A stretch of 60,085 nt of DNA, counting the filler, from Dirinaria sp. TL-2023a (taxonomy: Eukaryota): NCBI GenBank assembly GCA_051941275.1. It is 6 parts of 6 records of this genome, joined end to end, with 100 filler letters (N's around TTAATTAATTAA, not from the genome) between each part and the next. Parts side by side here need not be neighbours in the genome. Positions count along the whole stretch, not along the records: positions 20,100 to 30,028 come from JAVEBF010000990.1; positions 30,129 to 40,052 come from JAVEBF010000991.1; 4 more parts are not named here. One strand, given 5' to 3'. The notes below the pieces were generated by a model. It was not told where the DNA came from. It did no database searches and worked only from the letters and a program-made list of their open reading frames with translations. A program made the position numbers and the translations under genes. Positions 23,395 through 34,257 of this stretch are shown here, one piece after another (position 1 is the stretch's first letter; each line of letters begins with the position of its first letter).

Positions 23395-25261
23395 ATGTCA
23401 GAGGAAGGCCTTCTGAAAAATGGCAAAAAGAACGTGGTCATCATCGGCGGCGGTGCGGCAGGAATGGTGCGTCCTATACGCCTCCAAACCGCTTTCAGTC
23501 CTGACAACAGCAGTCGTGTGCCGCCACACTCGCGCAGCACCCCGATAAATTCCGAGTCACCATCCTCGAGCGTATGTCCGTGGTGGGCGGGCAGGCCACA
23601 TCGATCAGCTTGGACAAGGAAAAGTACGGAACCTCGTGGATGAACGACGGTGTGCAAGGAGGCGCCCCCTCCTTCAAGCATACGCTCAACTTTTTCAAGC
23701 AATACGGACACCAGGCCCAAGACGTCAAGCTGCAAGTGTCATTCGGGCAGGGCAAGGAGAGCTTCTGGACCAACTGCTTCCCCAGCCAGCTCGTCGATCA
23801 GTTTTCCGCAGACATCAAAAAGTTTGGGAGGGTGCTGAAGATCATCAAGTACACAATGCCGGTGCTGGGGCTGGTTCCGATCAAGTACATGCTCAAGATT
23901 TTCATGTTCAATAAGGAATTTGGTGACAAGATGGTGTTCCCGCTGATTGCCTTGTTTCTCGGTACTGGTAAGATTTTCCCGTCCCTGTCAAGTTTGAATT
24001 CTTGCACACACACATGCTCATGCTCGCTCAGGCAATCAAACGGCCAATGTCTCCTGCGCTATCCTTGAACGCCTGTTTGACGATCCAAACATGAAGCTCT
24101 GGGATTACGACTCGGAGACTCTGCTCCCCAATCTGCCGCAAATGGTAACCTTCCCTCATCTGGGGTCCTTCTACGCCGACTGGGCCGCCGACCTGCGCTC
24201 CAAAGGCGTCGATATCCGCCTCAACACCGACGTCAGCGCCATCCTCCGGCGCGACAAAAAAGGCGTCGTGCTGGAGACGCGGCCCTTCGACCCGGAGCGA
24301 AAACCGAAACCCGACACGTTAGGGGGTGGCGAACACACCGGGCCGCCCAGCACGACGGAATTCTATGACGAAATGGTCCTGTGCATCCTCGCGGACGACG
24401 CGAAAAAGCTGCTGGGCAAAACAGCGACGTGGAAAGAGAAGTTCGTGCTCGGCGGCGCCGCTTTCTTCGACGATATCACCATCACCCACTCGGACGCGGA
24501 CTACTTCCGGAAAAACTACGAAACGCACTTCAACCCGGAGCTGTGCGCGGACCCGAAATCGAAGCAGCAAGAGGACCAGATCGCATTTTCCAAAAACGAG
24601 CAACTCGGGCCGGACAACGAACCGGCAGGGTTTCGGCCCATGTATTACACCCACATGTACCCGCAGAACCCGCACAAGATCGAGATGGCCTTCGATTGCA
24701 CCAACTACCAGCACCAGTTCCGCATGGACCACGGCAAGGACAAACCCCCCGTCGCCTACGAGAACCACGTCTTTCAAAGCATCTTCTTAGATAAAGGCAG
24801 CAAAGATCTGTGGACCATCGATCAGATCGACGAGAGCAAGGTGATCGAGAAGAAATGGTGGCATCAGCTCGGCCATCGTTGGCAGCATTATGTCCGCGTC
24901 GTCCCCAATATGATGTTCATCAACGGCAAGAACCGGACATTGTTCGCGGGTAGTTGGACCCTTGTTGTATGTTCCCCTTCTTTTTTTTCCCATTCTTTCC
25001 CTTTTTCTTTTTTCTTCTCTTTTTCTACCGGTTTTCGGCATTAGAAAAATGAATCAACTAACCCAACCCTCTTGACAGAACATGCACGAAATGGCCTGTG
25101 TCTCGGGCATCGCAGCCGCGTACAGGTTAGGCGCCGAGTACGAAGTGTTTGACGATTTCGCGGAGGATATGCTTAAGAAATACCTGCTTATCTCGCACGG
25201 TGTCAGATATAGGGGGGGGAAAGAAGAAGGTATGATGAAAAAGAAAGGCGGCTCCGTCTAA
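23395..25261 (+). CDS. FAD-dependent oxidoreductase (flavin amine-oxidase-like)
   Basis: Rossmann motif VVIIGGGAAGM|SCAATL..VTILER..GGQA. Introns 23467-23513, 23968-24031 and 24967-25078. C-terminal FAGSWTLV|NMHEMACVSGIAAAYRLG. Confidence 0.85.
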
Positions 25262-25453
25262 TAAGAAAGAGAAAGATTTTTGTTCTGACAGTGATCGCTG
25301 ATGTTGTTGTATTGTAACTCTCGTCAACTTGTATGGCGCTGTTCTGGGTTGGGGTTCCCATATCATCTCATATTATAGATGTAGCAAAACTACCTTTTTT
25401 TTTTCACAAAAAAATTTGATGTACTTACTTTACCTTACATCAAACCCACTTTT

Positions 25454-26219
25454 CCCGAAACTGCCCGCCAAAACTAGGCGGATGGTTTTTTTTTTTTTTG
25501 GCCCGGATTCGCCATCGTGGCTTGTTTTCGTGAGTTACCACACTTGAAGTTCAATCCGCATACTAAGATGTCGCCTGCGTGCGCCAGATGGGCCCAGTGA
25601 GGGTCGCAGTTCTCCATGAAGACTGCGGACATTTGGGAGGTGGTGATGTTGCCCCGGTACGTGTCTTGTACTTTTCCTGGGTAGATTCCTGTCTGAGTTG
25701 ATGTTGTCTGCGTCGCAGAAGAGGATTCTGCCAATGACGGGGGCGGGGAAGCCGGGGATGATGGTGTTGTGTTGTTGCTAGAATTTTCTTCTTCGGGTTG
25801 GAAGCCAAACTCCTGGGTCTGCCCGTATTTTCTAAGATTCAACTCGCTCTTATTTTGAACATCATGGTTAAGAGTCATCACGATTTGCCAAGGATCATGG
25901 ATCTTGGTCGCACCAATCGACTTGAATTTTGCAGCGACGGGCCAGGATTCTTGTACATCATGCACTGACGAGATGAAGGGGTGGCATAGTCGCCGGATTT
26001 GACCCTTTTGCCTTGTGGAAACCCCACAGCGTGGCACTGAACAGTTTCCTCGATCAATGTCTGGGGAGTCGGAGGAGATTCTTTCAGCGAGGATAGTAGC
26101 GCGGCGGACGAAGAGTCTTCCAGCTGCGAATGGAAGACATCTTGATATCTGCGAGCGCTAGCAGTGTACCAGCGCCTTTGAAGGAGAACCGGTGCTCTGA
26201 TCTAAGGCGCTCTGAGCAT
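25454..26219 (-). pseudogene. LYS4: Homoaconitase (LYS4/lysF) pseudogene with large internal deletion, frameshifts and a nonsense codon
   Basis: N-terminal remnants: [28 protein letters not shown] and [41 protein letters not shown]. These join directly to swivel-domain remnants [51 protein letters not shown] and LVLAGSFG. Confidence 0.88.
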
Positions 26220-27233
26220 TCGTTTCCTGTTCCTGTTCCTGTCCACCACAAACATGGAATCTCTCATGTAGCGACATCTGCCGTCCGGAATCATGACGAA
26301 GTCCAATTAGTGCAGTCGCTTAACCAATTGTGGATGTCCACAAGTGAGGATATGCACTGGGATGACTTGACCTAAGGAGTTCAATCGCCATCTACCTTCT
26401 TTGACTTTTAATATGGAACCTTCAAGTACGTCTATGCCTCATCGGACTGCGATGGGTCAAACGCGCACAAATTGCCGCGATTCATTTTCCGGAATCCTCG
26501 GGCTTTCAGCTTCGCTTATTTAGTTCTCGCGCGCACACACACCAAATATCTGATTTGGAAGGGTTTCGAAGTTTGGAAATTGATGGTCTAAGCATAGTAA
26601 TTGTTTTGATGTAGGCTTTGTGCCATCTCATCAAAATTTATCATGAATCGAATATCCTTTCCACGATGGTGTAGCGTCGGATCTCGAAAATCTATGTCAG
26701 AGACCACGTGTCGTCTGGATATCGAAACAATGAATCGAAACAATGACTACCTCAAGATTCAATCGATCTACTTTAGTTTGTCAAATCCTCCAGGTAAATG
26801 AAGATCGAACATTACCTTACCTTACTGGATTCCAGCCCCTCTGGATGCCAAGCTTCCACGGTCGTTTTCATTGGCTGCTCGGATATATCTGATAGTGTGT
26901 CCGGCATCGGAACCACGAAAGGCTTCAGGACGAGGGACCGACGAGACGAAGGGGATAAATGATAATCCTGCCTTCGTCCCCCACGTAATACCCGCAATCC
27001 GAAGGTATTAAGTAAGAAGGTATTTGCGCCATTTGTGCCATTTGTTCCTTCCTGTTGTATCTAAATTAGACTGAAGGGAAGGTACTTCCACCGTAAGTAG
27101 GTAACATATAACTCAGGTCCCCTCCGCGTCTTCTTCGTCATTGTCATCATCATCATCCTTGCTTTCGATTCTATCAGTTTTTCTCACACCTCGACTATCA
27201 CCCAAGGCTCGGGAGGTTGAAAAATCTCCCAGA

Positions 27234-28574
27234 ATGCCATCAAGGGACGAAGTTGCCTACTTTGGCGCGGGGCCCGCACCTCTGCCGACGCCCGTCCTTG
27301 AAAAAGGCGCCCAAGCCTTCGTGAACTACGAAAACACCGGTCTATCCCTCGCTGAGATCTCTCATCGCTCGCCGACCGCCAACCAGGTTTTGTCGGACAC
27401 CAAGGCCGCACTGGCGGAACTGTTAGGCATCCCGGACAGTCATGAGATCCTCTTCATGCATGGAGGCGGTAGTGGTGAGTTCAGCGCCGTCGTGTTCAAT
27501 ATGGTCGCGTTTTGGGTGGAGAAACGCAGACGGCTGGCCGAGAAGGAATTCAATGGAGATGCCGACAAAATCCTCGAGCGAGTCAGGGCTGAAGTCCGGA
27601 ACGACTTGCGACTCGACTATCTGGTCACGGGGTCATGGTCACTGAAAGCATCACAGGAAGCTGCGAACCTGTTGCAGCCACTGGGAGGTCATCCGGTCAA
27701 CGTCGCAACTGATGCTCGAGAGAAGAACGGCGGTAAATTCGGAACGATCCCAAGCGAGGATACCTGGCAACTCACGCCGAATGATTGCGCTTTCGTGTAT
27801 TACTGTGACAATGAAACGGTCGACGGTGTCGAATTCCCGCAAATACCGGAAAACTTGGCCTCGCAAAAGACAAGTGGAGACGCCGGGACTCCGATTGTTG
27901 CGGACATGAGTTCCAACTTTCTCAGTCGACGAGTAGACGTGAGCAAGTACGCAGTGATTTTTGTAAGTCCGGATTCGATGAACCCTTTGCTCGCCGCTGA
28001 ACCAGCACAGGGCGGCGCCCAGAAAAACATTGGAATCACCGATATCACCTTGGTCATTGTGCGAAAAGATATCCTGGCTGCCCAACCATCGCCGGCATTT
28101 CTCCACGCAGTAGGAGTCTGGTCGCCTCCTGTGGTCTTCAGCTGGCCTGTAATAGCCAAGAACAATTCTCTGTACAACACGCTGCCCATATTCAGCATCT
28201 GGATAGCGGGAGAGGTGATGCGTTCACTTCTCAAGCACCACGGAGAGCTCAGTGGACAGGAGAAGCTTTCTAATGCCAAGGCTCAAATCCTGTACCAGGT
28301 GCTGGACGCCCATCCAGCTACGTATCAGGTAGTGCCCCATACGAGCGTGCGCAGTCGAATGAACATCTGTTTCCGCGTCCGCCACGGTGATGCCGAAAGT
28401 GAGAAGGCCTTCCTTCGAAACGCCGAAGCCAGGATGCTCCAAGGACTCAAGGGCCACAGGAGCGTAGGCGGCATCCGAATCAGCAACTACAACGCAGTGC
28501 CCATGGCGAATGTTGAAAGACTGGTTGCCTGCCTTGAGGACTTTGCCGGCCAGAACCCGGTCAATTCAACTTGA
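27234..28574 (+). CDS. SER1: Phosphoserine aminotransferase
   Basis: YFGAGPAPLP, EISHRS, YYCDNETVDGVEF, VADMSSNFLSR. An in-frame 48-nt intron at 27963-28010 gives YAVIF|GGAQKNIG (PLP lysine). NNSLYNT and LKGHRSVGGIRISNYNA are present. Confidence 0.96.
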   Translation: MPSRDEVAYFGAGPAPLPTPVLEKGAQAFVNYENTGLSLAEISHRSPTANQVLSDTKAALAELLGIPDSHEILFMHGGGSGEFSAVVFNMVAFWVEKRRRLAEKEFNGDADKILERVRAEVRNDLRLDYLVTGSWSLKASQEAANLLQPLGGHPVNVATDAREKNGGKFGTIPSEDTWQLTPNDCAFVYYCDNETVDGVEFPQIPENLASQKTSGDAGTPIVADMSSNFLSRRVDVSKYAVIFVSPDSMNPLLAAEPAQGGAQKNIGITDITLVIVRKDILAAQPSPAFLHAVGVWSPPVVFSWPVIAKNNSLYNTLPIFSIWIAGEVMRSLLKHHGELSGQEKLSNAKAQILYQVLDAHPATYQVVPHTSVRSRMNICFRVRHGDAESEKAFLRNAEARMLQGLKGHRSVGGIRISNYNAVPMANVERLVACLEDFAGQNPVNST

Positions 28575-28820
28575 AAAATTCATGAGCATCGTGTGGCCAA
28601 GATCTTTGGTAGTGGCGAATCATCTATTTGGTCCAAAGCCATGTGGCGCCGTTATAGTATTCTGCGTACGGTTAGTGCGATCTCAACATCGGATATTTCT
28701 CCTCAACCAATGTTCCTGGTTGCAAAGCGCGGCGTCTGATTCGCCGAGCAATGGGTCTGACTTCCATAGTCTCTAGCAAGAATGAAAAGAGGCTGGAACC
28801 CGTTGACAGGGTGTCGAGAC

Positions 28821-28830
28821 TATATATAAT
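28821..28830 (+). promoter_or_regulatory. Candidate TATA box
   Basis: tatatataat, ~120 nt upstream of the ATG at 28949. Confidence 0.45.
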
Positions 28831-28948
28831 GGAGTCCTCCCAACGGACATTTCGAATTTACAGAGTCAGCCATCGGACAAATTGACAATTGCAAAACATT
28901 CTACCCCTATAACTCATTCTAAGAGCCTCTTGCACAAAGATTTCAACC

Positions 28949-29661
28949 ATGCATCCACAATCCTTACTGCTCCTCCTGGGCACTCTAGCCCTCGTCTCCC
29001 TCGGTCTTGCAGCAGTGACCCCCAAAAATGCGACGGGCTTTACCATGGTCACCGGCACCAGATTAATAGCCGAAGCTGACGAGCGTAAGAAACCTTTTTT
29101 GCCCCTTTTTCCCTTTCGAATCCCCTTAACCTAACTCACCTACCTACCTACCTTACCTGTCCATCCAAAACCCCCACCTATCCCATCCACCAAACTAACA
29201 CTAACACAAAAAAAACTCCAGTCTGCACCAAAGCATACAAGGTGCACAAAGTCGACGACCCGCTCCGCACGGTCTTCTCGCACCCGACGGTCTTCGTTTC
29301 CAACGCGCGCGCCTGCTGCCACGAATGCCTTTCGACGCCCGACTGCGCCGCCGCCCATTTCTTCAAAGACCCTTCGGCGCATGTCTGGACGCACCCGCTC
29401 GCGGCCCCCGGGGGACCCCGCCACGAGCACCACTGCGTCCTGTCCGTCAATCGGCGGAAATACGATGTCGATCAGGAGAACCGCAAGACGTCGCATCTAT
29501 GTCCGTTGGGTATCAGTTATGCGGGTATCATCGCCGTCGGGGAGGAGAAGGAGAAGAAGTGGGATAATGGACAGGTGGAAACGATGATTGTGGGGCCGTG
29601 TTGGCAGCCCGGCGGGCAGATTAGGTTTTATCATACGCCTGATGGGAAGATTACGCCTTAA
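28949..29661 (+). CDS. Small secreted Cys-rich protein (191 aa, 8 Cys), PAN/Apple-like spacing
   Basis: Signal peptide MHPQSLLLLLGTLALVSLGLA. Intron 29085-29221 joins the two ORFs in frame. ACCHECLSTPDCAAAHF..CVL..CPLG..GPC. Confidence 0.75.
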
Positions 29662-30028
29662 TTACGTATGTACGTGTAGGTGATTTGTTTTTTTGGGATT
29701 CGAATAAGCGGGTTTGGATGGATGAGGAGTTTGGTTTGGTTTTTTGGGGTTGGGTTGGGGGGATTGTATGTATGTATGTACTTTAGATGGGTGGAGGTTT
29801 TTGCATTTTTGAGCGCTGAATGAGAATAAGCCTTATCATTTTATATTTTTCATTATACCCTACCCAACCCCTTATAAAAAATTCTTTCCTTTTTCTTTCT
29901 ATTAGAGTTCGAGCAAAAAGTAAAAAAATCCGTAAAGTAAGTCTGTCATGTATAGATCCTCATCATCATCATCATCCTCCTCCTCCTCCTCTAATCTACC
30001 TGCATACATACTTTACATACATACATAC

Positions 30029-30128
30029 NNNNNNNNNNNNNNNNNNNNNNNNNNNNNNNNNNNNNNNNNNNNTTAATTAATTAANNNNNNNNNNNNNNNN
30101 NNNNNNNNNNNNNNNNNNNNNNNNNNNN
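30029..30128. other. Artificial contig spacer (preceded by CAT/CCT/CATA microsatellites)
   Basis: 44 N + TTAATTAATTAA + 44 N. Confidence 0.98.
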
Positions 30129-30129
30129 C

Positions 30130-30720
30130 TCATTCCTGATCACCACCTCTTCCTCCCTCAGTCAAGCCCACCCTACCCTCCCCACCACGAACGCACCTCC
30201 CATTTTCCAACCCAGCGGCTCAAACAGCACCCTCTCCTTGCCCTCCTCATCAGAGCTGCTCTCATCACCACCAGCCCCCGAATCCCTAAACACGACCCTG
30301 CTGCAATCCGCCGCCGTTCAAAGCACGGCCTCGATCCGGTGTTTCAAAGACCCCTTCCGCGCCCTGACGCCCGTGAACCTGCAAGCCTGCAGCCGGGAAC
30401 TGCGGCTCCTGCAACGGCTCCGCAACCGCGACCGCAAGGACGTCATCCAGGGCAAGAGCTGCCCCGTGCATTTCCGGTACCTGCACGACGAGTGCGAGAT
30501 CACGCTGGGCAACGTCAATGCCGAGGCGCAGGGCCGCTTCGCGCCCTTGGATGTCATCCAGAACGCCGTGCGTATACTGAGCTATTGTTCGGGTATCGGG
30601 GCGGAGTTTGGGGGCCAGACGGGCATGGATGAGGATGGGTTCTGGTGGCAGGTCAAGGGGGTGCCTGCGGCCCCTTTGAATGATGGGCCGGGGGCGGGGG
30701 GGTTGCTTGGGACGGGGTAG
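30130..30720 (+). CDS. 5'-truncated probable small secreted protein with Cys-spaced domain (KP4/Ecp2-like candidate)
   Basis: Frame is open from the contig edge (SFLITTSSSLSQA|HPT.. resembles a signal-peptide end). A Ser/Pro/Thr linker precedes IRCF..PVNLQAC..CPVHF..CEITL..DVIQNAVRILSYC..FGG. Confidence 0.6.
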   Translation, partial: SFLITTSSSLSQAHPTLPTTNAPPIFQPSGSNSTLSLPSSSELLSSPPAPESLNTTLLQSAAVQSTASIRCFKDPFRALTPVNLQACSRELRLLQRLRNRDRKDVIQGKSCPVHFRYLHDECEITLGNVNAEAQGRFAPLDVIQNAVRILSYCSGIGAEFGGQTGMDEDGFWWQVKGVPAAPLNDGPGAGGLLGTG

Positions 30721-30991
30721 AGGAGTTATGGATAGGGCGGTGCTTTTATGGTGGATATAGAGGATTGGAAGGAAAGTAAGGTGAGTAGGATGCGATGGAG
30801 AAGTTTGATTGAGATCACCCACAGGAACAAGGACGCTGATGCACATGGACGTCTCCATTTTGCAGAATGGACACTTACTCCATAATATACTTCGTACAAC
30901 CAAACGCCTTGAAATGCTTGATATCCACCCAATGTACAATAATGATGCTGACCGCCACCGCGCGCCCCACAGGCACCTCGTTGCAGAGTTT

Positions 30992-32103
30992 TCACTGCGG
31001 TTGTTTCTTCTGCTGTGCCGCAGGGCCCATCTCTTTATCAAAGGCAGCGTAAGATACTTGTATGCTCGCAACAGCTGAGATACCCACGTAGAGTAGAGAG
31101 AGGAGTAAGATACCAACGAGAAAGCTCACAAAAAGCCCTTTCAATCACATCAGTTCTGCCTATTACATGTTTGTAGAAGGATACCTAGCTTACCAGAACT
31201 GAAGTACTGATACCTTGCGAACAGAGGACCATCTGGCAGCGTAACATTGGTAGCGGCACGAGGGTGAACTGCAAAGTCCCTCTTCAGGTCCATGTGCACA
31301 GGGGCGCCGAATGTGGTATCCATCTCGTATGGCTCAGGCTCGGTAGCCGTTGAGTGGTGCATGGAAGTGCTGGGTGTTGTGGTATAGATCACTGTATAGT
31401 CGGGCGAAGGAAGCCAGTCCAGGATTGACGCTAGGAACGCATCTACAACGATGTTAGGGCCACAAGTATAGACTGTATCCTACAGAAAGCCTACCGTGTT
31501 CCTCCATCTTCTTGTCCCTGCTAGGACCCTTTGGTAGAGCGGGAAATTCTATCGTCATGACTTGCGGCTTCTTTTCATCCGCAATCGCAAAAGACCCAGC
31601 TGCCATCAATCAGCCAAATGCTGGACTCGGCCAGATGTAAGTCTGATACTGACTTGAAGCATCGACTCTTGTAATTCCGGCATTACATCTCCGCTGCAAT
31701 AATCTTGACCACCCTTGGATATCTAGGCTTCCAACAACATTCTCGACACTCCTACTTGACCCTTTCTTACCCTCCCTGCCGAGAAACTCGGCCCGCATCT
31801 GTGGCATAGAGACACCACTGCTGTAGTCGAGCGCAGTCGCGCCAGGTTGCGAAACGAGAACATAAGTGTCTGAAGGGCAGCTACCGAGCTGCGATTCGAT
31901 GTTTTTACTGAGAGCTGTGGCGTCTACGACATGTGGAATGTCTAGCTGCAACTGTCTGGGCAATGGTTAATCCAGGTCGTCATTGAAGGCCGCAGAGATA
32001 CATACGGAGATGTCGATAAAAATAGGAACGGGGAAGCGTCGCGAAAAGCACTGGAAACGCTCATACAGAGAGCCAAAGCCCAGTACAGGGTGGAGTACCT
32101 CAT
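30992..32103 (-). CDS. BIG1 / V-ATPase accessory (Ac45-Voa1-like) ER membrane protein, multi-exon
   Basis: Signal peptide followed by AFRDASPFLFLST; CPSDTYVLVSQPG; LFARYQYFSSG, then a TM segment ending YVGISAVASIQVSYAAFDKEMGPAAQQKKQPQ*. Confidence 0.8.
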
Positions 32104-32340
32104 TCTGATGGAGTCGAGCAGCGTAGATAATAATTGCTGGCAGTTGGTGATGCCACTCCATTCAGTTTCCATTATCAGCCACGTTCCTAACTCAGGCTAG
32201 CTTCCCCGGCAGACCCGGAAATAGGGAGATCTTTTTACCGAGCCGCCGATCTGTCCGGACAAGGGGCAACCGTCTCGAATACACTATTTGGCGGTTGCTC
32301 AGACACAAAATAATGAGTACGAGCTACCTACAACGCAACA

Positions 32341-33076
32341 ATGGTGCTAGGCAAACGCAAGGCACTTTCTATGCTTCCGCCTCCGAAGAAAAAAAGAAAA
32401 GTGCCTCCAGCTATAGAAGAAATCAAATTCGATCAAGACGCCCGGGAGGACTTTCTAACCGGTTTCCACAAACGCAAGCTCCAGCGGATCAAGCACGCCC
32501 AGGAGGAAGCTGCCAAGCGAGAACGGGAGGACAAGATCAAAGCGCGAAAAATCGTGGGAAGCCTGTAGTGACATTGGAGAGATTGCGGACTGACGCCCAA
32601 TTGTGCAGCTGCGCGAGGGCCGGAAGGCTGAACTTGAGAAACATGTCGAGGAGATGAACGCGCTTCTCAACGTTGGAAATCGAGAAGGGTCTGAGACAGA
32701 GGATGCCGACTCGGAGGACAAGGAGTGGGAAGGTATAGAGGAAACCCCTCTCCACAACCACGAGGCGGAATACCTGGACGATGACCGTTTCACTACGGTC
32801 ACAGTGCAGGCTGTAGATGTGTCAAGGAACGGCTTCCAGAACAGCGGCGAAACCCAGGAAAACGAAGGTAGTGCTGCTGAATACTTGGGTGACTCAAAAG
32901 ACGATCAGAGAACGAGCTCAAAAGTCAATCAGAGGAACAAGACACTGAGTTCGGAGCAGCAGAGGAAACCAAAGAGAAAGAAGAGGTTTCGGTACGAGAA
33001 CAAAACAGAGAGGAAGGTCACGAGGCATAAGGAACGGTCGCGAAATCGCAAGCAAGCTAGGGAACGGAAATCATGA
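32341..33076 (+). CDS. RRP17: Ribosomal RNA-processing protein 17 (Nop25/NOL12 family)
   Basis: EEIKFDQDAREDFLTGFHKRKLQR; intron ~32554-32608; TTVTV; KKRFRYENKTERK. Confidence 0.9.
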
Positions 33077-33244
33077 TCATATGCACCTGTCATCCCATGA
33101 TCGCGACCTATTTGCATGCTCTAAGCGCTCAAGGTATCACTCGTAACACCAGCACCGGCTCTTGGACCGCTCAAGCCGTTGTGGAAAGATTCTTAGACAA
33201 TCTATCGTTGTCCAAAGCAGGAAGCTGCTCGCTCGAATGCGGCT

Positions 33245-33923
33245 CTAGATATTGCCTATCTCTTGCTGGAAGTCATGGAGCTCTTGTTGGACCTGCTTGT
33301 ACTTCTTCGACATTTCCTCGTATTTCTCCTCCCATTGATCGCGGGCTGCCTCCAAAGCCTGAACTTTTCTCTCGTAATGGCCGGCTTTGACATCGGTTTG
33401 ACGTAACCTGAAAGATTCCAATCGTTAGCAAATGTCGACCTGGCGTATTTGCTCCCATGCGCAAGCAGAAAAACTACTAAGGAAAGTGACGAACTTGTCG
33501 TTTGTATCCCGCATGTTCTTGTCTGCCTCCTCAGCTTCCTCCTCCAAAAGTTGCAACCTCCTCTGTAAAGCTTCGTTCTGCGTGCTATGTTCACGGCTCG
33601 TGCCTGCAAGATCTTTGGCTTCTTTGATTCCCGCTTCAAGTTTCTCGACCTCCGCTTCTAAGCGTTGATTGTTATGTGAGAGTGATCTGATCTCTTGCTC
33701 TTTTGACATGTTCTCATGCTCCAGAGATTTAACCTTTGCCTGAAGCTCCTCGCATTTGGCCTGAGTCTCTTCCTGATCTTTCCGCAGCGAGGCCATTTTC
33801 TAGGACACCTCATTAGCCGCCCTATTTACGAAAGATTTTGTGTGGCTGGGTAGAGAAAGCGGCATCGCTGTGAGGCAGACTATGAGGGGTAAGTACCTGC
33901 TTGATGGAATCTAGATGAGACAT
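33245..33923 (-). CDS. Fungal tropomyosin (Tpm1/Cdc8-like), 3 exons
   Basis: MSHLDSIKQ|KMASLR..KVKSLEHENMSKEQEIRSL..LQRRLQLLEEEAEEADKNMRDTNDK|LRQTDVKAGHYERKVQALE..WEEKYEE.. Confidence 0.92.
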
Positions 33924-34257
33924 GATGGAGGGTTGCTTGGGCGTTTGGGCAGTTCAGGTATGGTTGAGATAGATGTCAAGGTGGAGAAAGTCACTATCTT
34001 GTAATTACAGGGTATTGAGTTTGTTTATGAATGGGTTGAAAGGTGTTGAATGGCTTACATGCGGACAAGCACAGCGAGAGGTGCTTGAAGTTGACGGTTC
34101 CGGAGGAATATTACATAAGCGGTCACCAAGACAACTTCAGTCAACAATCGCGGACATCTTCCCTCACACTTCCTTATTGACTGCACAGCAAAGACCAAAC
34201 CCCCAATATCTACGTAAAATGTATACGCACGTACCAGATATTACAGGATAGCCGAAC

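Noticed and set aside
25474..26037. 187-aa ORF as a functional mini-homoaconitase
   Set aside because: Non-ATG start, a chimera of shifted frames, and no Fe-S cysteines; treated as a pseudogene
26721..26746. Short tandem duplications (atcgaaacaatga x2; also gatgggacac x2 near 54224)
   Set aside because: Simple slippage events with no array structure; not CRISPR-like
30286..31116. 276-aa minus-strand ORF, and similarly 51988-52818 and other long antisense ORFs
   Set aside because: Shadow frames of GC-rich real genes, with no motifs
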